The notes beneath the pieces were generated by a model that did not search any database, was not told the origin of the DNA, and worked only from the letters and a program-made list of their open reading frames with translations. 64,000 nucleotides of DNA, from positions 1,035,679-1,099,678 of the forward strand of contig CP070684.1 in the NCBI GenBank assembly GCA_020352775.1, given 5' to 3'. Positions within the stretch are counted from its first letter, which is position 1; every line of letters begins with the position of its first letter. The stretch comes from Candidatus Omnitrophota bacterium. GTDB taxonomy: Bacteria; Omnitrophota; Gorgyraeia; Duberdicusellales; 4484-171. Below are positions 57,058 to 64,000 of the stretch, piece by piece. Made by a program: the position numbers and the translations under genes.

Positions 57058-58325
57058 TTAAAAGAGAAATTCGCAGGGAATTAGGCACTGCTATTGTATC
57101 GGAGCGTCATCTCAATGCTGATGTCATACGCGAACGTACTCTTCGGATATTTGAAACCAGAAGGCGCCAGTCCCGTTATCAGATTGATGATGCCCAGAAA
57201 GATCAAATTATTAATTCTTTATGCGACGACTTTTTAGGATGGGGGCCGTTACAGCATCTTATGGAGGATAAAGAGATTAGTGAGATCATGGTCAATGGAC
57301 CTTTTAAGGTTTATATGGAAAAGGAGGGTAAAAAAACCCTCACTGATATAACGTTTGATGATGAAGCTCACCTGCGTTATATCATCGAAAAGATGCTTGC
57401 CCCTTCTGCCCGGCGTCTGGATGAGAGTCTTCCCTATGTTGATTTTTCCTTGGATGACGGCTCGCGCGTCAACGTGATTATTCCTCCCCTGGCAATAGGG
57501 GGAGCGATGATGACAATCAGAAAGTTTTTACGCACTATTGAAAAGGTAGAAGACTTAGTGTCTCTGGGTACTATTGATGAACGAATGGCAGAGTTTCTTA
57601 CCGCCTGTGTTAAGGCAAAGTTGAACATTCTTTTTTCAGGTGCTACTGGAAGTGGTAAAACCACAACAGTGGAGGTGCTTTCTTCATATATTGATAGCTC
57701 TGAGCGCATTGTTACTATTGAAGATGCCCTAGAGTTGAGTTTGCGCCAGGACCATGTGGTCAGACTTCTTACCAAACCCCCCAATATCGAAGGCAAGGGC
57801 GAGGTCACGATCAGAGATTTGTTTCGTAACACTCTTCGTATGCGGCCTACCCGTATTATTTTAGGAGAGATCAGAGGGGAGGAAGCAATGGATTATCTGC
57901 AAGCATTAAACAGCGGTCACCGGGGTTGTTTGGCGGTAATTCATGCTTCAAGGCCTTCCGATGCTATGGGGCGACTTGAGACCATGTCTCTTTATGCCGG
58001 ACTTAATATACCAGTGTGGGGGATACGGCGCCAGATCTCTTCGGGTCTTAATCTGATTGTGCAGCACGATCAACTTATCGATGGTTCCCGAAAAATAAAC
58101 TATATCAGTGAAGTGGGCGAGTTAAGTGATAATGCGATTGTTTTGCGCGATGTTTTCCGTTACGAGGCCGAGGAAGTCACTGAAGAGGGTAAATTAAAAG
58201 GCAAATTTAAGTGTTTAGGTAAGCCTGATTTCTTTACGATTTTTAAAAAGAAGGGGATTTCAATAAACGAAAACATATTTAAGCCTGATGTTAGTGAGAA
58301 AGGCAGGGAGTTCCTTATAAAGTAA
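57042..58325 (+). CDS. CpaF/TadA-family pilus assembly ATPase
   Basis: GWGPL, EIMVNG, DGSRVN, TIRKF, GATGSGKTT, IEDALEL, LRMRPTRIILGEIRG, NSGHRG. Confidence 0.9.
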   Translation: MDEKLIKREIRRELGTAIVSERHLNADVIRERTLRIFETRRRQSRYQIDDAQKDQIINSLCDDFLGWGPLQHLMEDKEISEIMVNGPFKVYMEKEGKKTLTDITFDDEAHLRYIIEKMLAPSARRLDESLPYVDFSLDDGSRVNVIIPPLAIGGAMMTIRKFLRTIEKVEDLVSLGTIDERMAEFLTACVKAKLNILFSGATGSGKTTTVEVLSSYIDSSERIVTIEDALELSLRQDHVVRLLTKPPNIEGKGEVTIRDLFRNTLRMRPTRIILGEIRGEEAMDYLQALNSGHRGCLAVIHASRPSDAMGRLETMSLYAGLNIPVWGIRRQISSGLNLIVQHDQLIDGSRKINYISEVGELSDNAIVLRDVFRYEAEEVTEEGKLKGKFKCLGKPDFFTIFKKKGISINENIFKPDVSEKGREFLIK

Positions 58326-58331
58326 TAAACG

Positions 58332-59591
58332 ATGCTGTATTCTGAGAGCTTTATTTTTACAACCAGAGAAGACCCGAAGGTAGCTGAATGCAGAAGCCAG
58401 AAACTTTTGCTAAGAGGAAGTTTTCTGTTTATGGTCTCTTCCGGAATATACTCCTATCTTCCCCTGGGCCAGCGTGTGCTTGAAAATGTAAGTGATATTA
58501 TCAGAAAGCACATGAACGCCCAAGGGGCACAGGAGCTTCTTATGAGTGCGCTGCAGCCGATTGAGCTGTGGGAGAAGACCGGGCGTGACGAAGACCTTAA
58601 AGAGGTGATGTTTAAGTTTCAGGACAGAAAGAATCGGACTTTGTGCCTGGGGCCGACCCATGAAGAAGAAATTACTGAAATCGCGCGAAAATGCATTGTT
58701 TCCTACAAACAGCTTCCGCGCATTCTTTATCAGATTCAGGTTAAATTCCGGGATGAGCCGCGCCCACGCTTTGGTCTGATGCGCAGTTGTGAATTTATGA
58801 TGAAAGATGCTTACAGCTTTGATGCCGATGAGAAAGGCCTGAATGAAAACTATGAAAAAATGCGCTATGCCTATAATGAGATACTTAAAGAGTGCGGTTT
58901 GGATTACGTTATGGTTGAGGCTGATCCGGGAATGATGGGCGGAAGCGCTTCCCATGAATTTATGGTTCCGGCCCCAATCGGTGAAGATATACTTTTTTAC
59001 TGTGAATCTTGCAAGAGATATTTTAAAGAAAAAGGAAAATGCCCGGGGTGTAAGAGGACTCTTAAAGAGACGCGCATGGTTGAGGTAGGGCATATTTTTC
59101 AGCTGGGAACTAAATATTCCCTGGCGCAGGAAGCTTTTTTTCTTGATAAAGACGGCCAGCGAAAACCCTTTATTATGGGTTGTTATGGCATCGGAGTGAG
59201 CCGTCTTATTCCCGCGATTGCAGAGCAATGCGCTGATTCAAAAGGTTTTGCCTGGCCAGCTACAATTGCTCCTTTTGATGTGAGTTTAGTGGTGCTGGGT
59301 GATAATTTTCTTAAAGAGGCTCTGGCGTTAAGGGAGGATTTCGCCAAACAGGGATTAAAAACATTAGTTGATGAACGCGATGAGGCAGCAGGAGTAAAGT
59401 TTAATGATGCCTGCCTTATTGGTAATCCTTATATTGTAATTATGGGGAAAAACTATGCCCAGAGCCAAAAGGTCGATCTTGAAGTGCGTAAAAGCGGCGA
59501 TAAGTTTAGTTTTTCCAGGGAAGAATTGTTAAATTTTTTAAAAGATGAGTACGGTGAAAGAGCAGCAAAGCCAGATACAGTCAAAAGTTGA
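58332..59591 (+). CDS. proS: Proline--tRNA ligase, short form without the INS editing domain
   Basis: LGPTHEE, KFRDEPRPRFGLMR, MKDAYSF, EVGHIFQLGTKYS, MGCYGIGVSR. Confidence 0.95.
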   Translation: MLYSESFIFTTREDPKVAECRSQKLLLRGSFLFMVSSGIYSYLPLGQRVLENVSDIIRKHMNAQGAQELLMSALQPIELWEKTGRDEDLKEVMFKFQDRKNRTLCLGPTHEEEITEIARKCIVSYKQLPRILYQIQVKFRDEPRPRFGLMRSCEFMMKDAYSFDADEKGLNENYEKMRYAYNEILKECGLDYVMVEADPGMMGGSASHEFMVPAPIGEDILFYCESCKRYFKEKGKCPGCKRTLKETRMVEVGHIFQLGTKYSLAQEAFFLDKDGQRKPFIMGCYGIGVSRLIPAIAEQCADSKGFAWPATIAPFDVSLVVLGDNFLKEALALREDFAKQGLKTLVDERDEAAGVKFNDACLIGNPYIVIMGKNYAQSQKVDLEVRKSGDKFSFSREELLNFLKDEYGERAAKPDTVKS

Positions 59592-60006
59592 AGAAATCCT
59601 TAAAGAGCAAGGACTGGATTTAGTAGAGTTTAAGGTTTTTTACTCCGGGTCAAAAACTGTTGTGCGTTGTTTAATCGATTACCCCCAGGGTGGAATCACT
59701 ATCGATGAATGCGCCAGGATAAATAAAAAGATCTTTTCTTATCTAGAAGAGCATAAGCTTTTGGGAGAGGATTTTACGGTAGAGGTAAATTCTCCCGGTA
59801 TAACCAGACCCTTAAAGACTTATAAAGATTTTATGCGTGTTAAGGGAAAGGTGGTTTCATTCTGGCTTAATCAGCCCATCGAAGATAAAAGTTATTTGGA
59901 AATGAAAGTTTTGGACGTTAGTGATAAAGGAGTGTATGTTGAGAAAAATGGTAAAGGAGTCGAAATTACGTTCGAACAAATAAAGCTAGGTAAGGAGAGG
60001 ATATAA
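59545..60006 (+). CDS. rimP: Ribosome maturation factor RimP
   Basis: GITIDEC, EVNSPG.RPL; upstream of nusA. Confidence 0.9.
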   Translation: MSTVKEQQSQIQSKVEEILKEQGLDLVEFKVFYSGSKTVVRCLIDYPQGGITIDECARINKKIFSYLEEHKLLGEDFTVEVNSPGITRPLKTYKDFMRVKGKVVSFWLNQPIEDKSYLEMKVLDVSDKGVYVEKNGKGVEITFEQIKLGKERI

Positions 60007-60008
60007 TC

Positions 60009-61250
60009 ATGAACAAGGAATTCTTAAGTATTCTAGAACAGTTAGAGAGAGAAAAAGGTATTGATAAAAACCTGCTTCTTGAGGCGGTAAAACACGCCCT
60101 TACAGTTGCAGCCAAAAAAATAGCAAAACTTAAAACTGACGAAGAGCAGGAAGTGGAGGTAAAGATAGATCCCGCTAAGGGGGATATCCGTGTATATATT
60201 GCGGGTAAAGAAATTGTTTCTAAAGAATTTGGGCGCATTGCTGCTCAGACTGCACGTCAGGTAATAATTCAGAAAATACGCGAGGCCGAGAAAGAAAATG
60301 TCTACAATGAATTCAAGGGTAAAGAAGGAGATATTGTAGGAGGAGTGGTTTATCGGCTTGAGAAAAAGGCTGTGATTCTGGATCTTATGGGCAAGGCTGA
60401 AGGGATTATCCCTCATTCTTTTCTCTCACCCCTTGATAGACTGCGGTTAGGAGAAAGAGTAAAGGCCTATGTCTTTGAGGTAAAGAAAGAACAGGGTACT
60501 CAGATAATACTTTCGCGCCGGCATGAAGGGTTGGTGAAGAAGCTTTTTGAACTGGAAGTGCCTGAGATTTATGAAGGGATTGTAGAAATAAAGAATATCG
60601 CGCGGGAAGTAGGTGAGCGCACAAAAATAGCAGTATACTCTAAAGACGATAAAGTAGACTGTGTAGGAGCTTGCGTGGGAATAAGAGGTTCGCGCGTAAA
60701 GAATATCATAGAAGAGTTAAGAGGTGAAAGAATTGATATTATCAGGTGGCATGAAGATATTAAAGAATTCATTAAGGCTGCGCTTTCACCCGCCACAGTA
60801 TCGCTTATAGAATTAGATAGAGAGCATAAGCGCGCCAGAGTTCTGGTTGCAGGGGATCAGCTTTCCTTGGCAATCGGTAAAAGAGGCCAAAACGTGCGCC
60901 TTGCTTCAAAGCTTGTGGGCTGGGAGATAGATGTGCGTTCCCATGAGATTAGAGAAGAGGAGATAAAGAACCTGCAGCATTTTCATAGTGTCGGTAAGAA
61001 GCTGGCCGTAACATTAGTTGATTCTGGCTATGGTAAATTAAAAGATTTAGCTCAAGCCGACCCCAAAGAGATTGCCAAGCTAAAAGGTATTGGAAAGAAA
61101 AAGGCAGAGCAGATAGTTGAGGAAGCCAAGAAAGAGCTTAAAGCTAAAGAAAAAGAAGCTAAAGCTGAAGAGAAAAAGGGAGAGAAAGAAAAAGAGAAAG
61201 AAGTAGAAAAGAAAGAGGAAGAGAAAAAAGAGGAAAGCAGCGCGGAATGA
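60009..61250 (+). CDS. nusA: Transcription termination factor NusA
   Basis: FGRIAAQTARQ, ELEVPEI, GACVGIRGSRV, LAIGKRGQNVRLA; C-terminal HhH and K/E tail. Confidence 0.96.
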   Translation: MNKEFLSILEQLEREKGIDKNLLLEAVKHALTVAAKKIAKLKTDEEQEVEVKIDPAKGDIRVYIAGKEIVSKEFGRIAAQTARQVIIQKIREAEKENVYNEFKGKEGDIVGGVVYRLEKKAVILDLMGKAEGIIPHSFLSPLDRLRLGERVKAYVFEVKKEQGTQIILSRRHEGLVKKLFELEVPEIYEGIVEIKNIAREVGERTKIAVYSKDDKVDCVGACVGIRGSRVKNIIEELRGERIDIIRWHEDIKEFIKAALSPATVSLIELDREHKRARVLVAGDQLSLAIGKRGQNVRLASKLVGWEIDVRSHEIREEEIKNLQHFHSVGKKLAVTLVDSGYGKLKDLAQADPKEIAKLKGIGKKKAEQIVEEAKKELKAKEKEAKAEEKKGEKEKEKEVEKKEEEKKEESSAE

Positions 61251-61267
61251 TTGGAGGGTATTAAAGA

Positions 61268-63175
61268 ATGAGAATTCATGAATTAGCAAAAGAGTTAGGG
61301 GTAGATAGTAAAGAATTAATTGAGAAATTAAAGAAGCTTAATTTCCCGGTAAAAAGTCATATGTCCAGCGTGGATGAGGAAACTGCCGAAGTCATCAAAG
61401 CGGAGTTCACCGAGCTTAAAGAGAAAGAAATTGAAGAGAATGTGATTGAAGTTGATTTTCCAATCACAGTCAAAGACTTGGCGGTAAAATTAGGCAAAAA
61501 ACCTTCCGAGCTCCTGGCCGATTTAATAAAAAGGGGAAAGTTTTATACTATCAATCAGAATCTTAATGAAGAGGCTGCCGGTGCCATTGCCTATCAATAT
61601 CAGGTAAATTTAAAGAAAAAGCCTTTAAAGGAAGAGGTGATTTTAAAAGAGGAAACAAAAGAGGTTAAGGGTCGTGCTCCTATTGTTACCTTTATGGGTC
61701 ATATTGATCACGGAAAGACCTCGCTCCTGGATTATATACGCAAAAGTAAAATTACTGAGAAAGAAGCCGGGGGGATTACGCAGCATATCGGTGCCTACCA
61801 GGTTCATCTTGATAAAGGAAAAATAACCTTTCTTGATACTCCTGGTCATGAAACTTTTACTGCGATGCGTGCGCGAGGCGCTAATGCTACTGATATTGTG
61901 GTTTTGGTGGTAGCGGCGGATGAGGGTGTAAAGCCTCAGACTGTTGAAGCAATTGACCATGCCCGGGCCGCTAAAGTTCCTATAATTGTTGCGATAAATA
62001 AAATGGATAAGGCTAATGCTGATCCTGATATGGTTAAGCAGCAGCTTTCAAAACATGACCTTGCTCCAGAAGACTGGGGAGGAAAGACTACCGCCGTAGG
62101 GGTATCAGCAGTTACCGGTAAGGGAGTGGATGAGCTTTTGGAGCTGATCCTTCTTCAATCAGACATTATGGAGCTTAAGGCTGATTATGGTAGAGCCGCA
62201 CTAGGGATTGTAGTTGAAGCAAGATTGTCTAAAGGAAAAGGCCCTTTAGTTACTGTTCTTATACAAGAAGGAAAATTAGATGTGGGAGATTGGTGCGTCT
62301 GCGGTCTGTTTTATGGCAAAGTGCGGGCAATGTTAGATGATCACGGCCGCCCCATCAACACGGTCTTGCCGGCATATCCGGCAGAAATTTTAGGACTTAA
62401 TGGGGTACCTAATCCCGGGGATCAAATTTTTGTCGTTCCGGATGAGAAGAGCGCAAAAGAGATTGTGGAGCGCAGAAGAGAAGAAGCGGCAAAGAAAAAG
62501 CTGGTTACTCCTGCTCACCTTAAACTCGAAGACCTTTATCAAAAAGTAAAAGAAGAAAACCTTAAGCAGTTAAAGATTATTTTAAAAGCCGATGTAGGCG
62601 GGACCTTGGAAGCGGTAGAAGCAGCTTTAGGAAAGATACCGTCTCAGGAGGTAGAGCTGGTTATCACCCATAAAGGAGTGGGAGCGATAAACTCTTCTGA
62701 TGTGCTTTTAGCTGAAGTAACTGATTCCATTGTGGTGGGGTTTAAAGTGAGTATTGATGCCCAAACCAGAGAGTTGTCAAGAAAAAAGGGAATCGAGCTG
62801 CGTATTTATCAAATAGTTTATGAGCTTATTGACGATATCAAGGCTGCCTTAGAAGGAATGCTTACCCCCCAGATACGCCGTGTGTTTATGGGCAGAGCCA
62901 GGGTAAAAACAGTATTTAAGCTCTCCCGTTTCGGGATTATTGCCGGATGCATGGTGGAGAAGGGAAAAATAACGCGCGCTGCAATTTGCCAGGTCATGAG
63001 AGGAAATGAAATCGTGCATGAGGGTAAAATCACAAGCTTAAAACGTTTTAAAGAGGATGTGCGCGAGGTAGCTCAAGGATATGAATGCGGCATCGGTACT
63101 GGTTTTGATGGTATCCAAGAAGACGATGTAATAGATGTCTTCAGCGAAGAAGTAATCGCCCGTAAACTTAAATAA
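61268..63175 (+). CDS. infB: Translation initiation factor IF-2
   Basis: MRIHELAKEL, GHIDHGKT, EAGGITQHIG, DTPGH, NKMD, GYECG. Confidence 0.97.
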   Translation: MRIHELAKELGVDSKELIEKLKKLNFPVKSHMSSVDEETAEVIKAEFTELKEKEIEENVIEVDFPITVKDLAVKLGKKPSELLADLIKRGKFYTINQNLNEEAAGAIAYQYQVNLKKKPLKEEVILKEETKEVKGRAPIVTFMGHIDHGKTSLLDYIRKSKITEKEAGGITQHIGAYQVHLDKGKITFLDTPGHETFTAMRARGANATDIVVLVVAADEGVKPQTVEAIDHARAAKVPIIVAINKMDKANADPDMVKQQLSKHDLAPEDWGGKTTAVGVSAVTGKGVDELLELILLQSDIMELKADYGRAALGIVVEARLSKGKGPLVTVLIQEGKLDVGDWCVCGLFYGKVRAMLDDHGRPINTVLPAYPAEILGLNGVPNPGDQIFVVPDEKSAKEIVERRREEAAKKKLVTPAHLKLEDLYQKVKEENLKQLKIILKADVGGTLEAVEAALGKIPSQEVELVITHKGVGAINSSDVLLAEVTDSIVVGFKVSIDAQTRELSRKKGIELRIYQIVYELIDDIKAALEGMLTPQIRRVFMGRARVKTVFKLSRFGIIAGCMVEKGKITRAAICQVMRGNEIVHEGKITSLKRFKEDVREVAQGYECGIGTGFDGIQEDDVIDVFSEEVIARKLK

Positions 63176-63182
63176 GACAATT

Positions 63183-64000
63183 ATGAAAAAAGTAATTTTA
63201 AGCGGGATGAGACCAACCGGTAGACTTCACCTTGGACACTGGGTAGGTGCGCTTTCTAACTGGGTAAAACTGCAGAGTGAATATGATTGTTTTTTTATGG
63301 TCGCTGATTGGCATGCTCTTATGAGCGAATATCACGACCCTTCAGTGGTCAGTTCCTCGATAATCGATAATGTGGCGGATTGGTTGTGTTTTGGAATTGA
63401 TCCTAAAAAGTCAGTGGTTTTTGTGCAATCAGAGCTAGAGGAGCACCTTGAGCTTTACCTTATACTTTCATTGGTTACCCCCTTGGGTTGGCTTTCACGC
63501 TGTCCGACCTTTAAAGAACAAGTTAAGCAGCTAAAAGATAAAGACATTAATACCTATGCTTTTTTAGGCTATCCTGTGCTTCAGGCATCCGATATTATTC
63601 TTTATAAAGCGCATGCTGTGCCGGTAGGAGAAGATCAGCTGCCTCATCTGGAATTAAGTCGTGAAATCATACGTCGCTTTCATTTTATTTATAAAAAAGA
63701 AGTGTTTCGCCAGCCGCAGCCGCTTTTAACTTCTGCCTCAAGACTATTGGGTCTTGATGGGCGCAAGATGAGTAAAAGTTATGATAATTTTATTGCTTTA
63801 GATGAGGATGAGGATTCATTAAAACGTAAAATAACATCAATGATTACTGATCCAGAGCGCATAAAAAAGAATGATCGCGGGAATCCTGATATTTGTAATG
63901 TCTATAGCTATTATGGTATATTTGCTCCTCAAAAAAAGGATGAGGTTCGCAACTGGTGTACGCAAGCTAGCCGTGGCTGTAAAGAATGCAAGTTGATTTT
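63183..64000 (+). CDS. trpS: Tryptophan--tRNA ligase (3' end outside window)
   Basis: Not in the ORF track. MKKVILSGMRPTGRLHLGH, ADWHA, YPVLQASDI, VPVGEDQLPH, KMSKS read directly from the DNA. Confidence 0.93.
   Translation, partial: MKKVILSGMRPTGRLHLGHWVGALSNWVKLQSEYDCFFMVADWHALMSEYHDPSVVSSSIIDNVADWLCFGIDPKKSVVFVQSELEEHLELYLILSLVTPLGWLSRCPTFKEQVKQLKDKDINTYAFLGYPVLQASDIILYKAHAVPVGEDQLPHLELSREIIRRFHFIYKKEVFRQPQPLLTSASRLLGLDGRKMSKSYDNFIALDEDEDSLKRKITSMITDPERIKKNDRGNPDICNVYSYYGIFAPQKKDEVRNWCTQASRGCKECKLI

Noticed and set aside
58410-59228. 272-aa antisense ORF opposite proS
   Set aside because: Fully overlaps a clear housekeeping gene and has no recognisable motif; a typical shadow ORF
61130-61250. 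Purine-rich repetitive DNA, possible tandem repeat or CRISPR
   Set aside because: Simply encodes the Lys/Glu tail of NusA; no regular repeat-spacer structure was seen anywhere in the window

Overview
A gene-dense, fairly AT-rich core chromosomal segment of an LPS-producing (diderm) bacterium, probably anaerobic. Gene content and order suggest the PVC group, most plausibly Candidatus Omnitrophota; this is an inference and was not tested. Nearly everything is on the + strand, in this order: hisG (partial), an unannotated bS22-like mini-protein, split transketolase, ispE-spoVG-tRNA-Gln-glmU-prs-rplY-pth, rpsF-ssb-rpsR-rplI-dnaB, bamA-skp-lpxD-lpxC/fabZ-lpxA-lpxI, hemW, hldE(kinase)-kdsBADC-lptC/A-lptB, tig-clpP, serine genes, a citrate/homocitrate synthase, purA, a membrane pyrophosphatase, GH5, rpe, queH, yhcC, dtd, lgt, nadE, eno, ftsB, tRNA-fMet, a motB-like islet, uppS-cdsA-dxr-rseP-ispG-cpaF-proS-rimP-nusA-infB and trpS (partial). 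The only - strand block is a tightly coupled five-gene operon: a B12-type radical SAM, two SPL-like radical SAMs, a GT2 glycosyltransferase and a DgkA/undecaprenol kinase. It sits between the lipid A and the Kdo/Lpt genes and appears to share a 17-bp bidirectional, leaderless promoter with hemW. This operon is the best candidate for an uncharacterised system. Other notable signals are recurrent leaderless promoters, an initiator tRNA lacking one of the three anticodon-stem G-C pairs, an LptC-LptA fusion, a trigger factor without its PPIase domain, a Zn-ribbon SpoVG, an orphan CpaF/TadA ATPase and a nested REP-like palindrome. No CRISPR array, rRNA, integrase or transposase was seen. All calls come from reading motifs by eye; no database searches were run.
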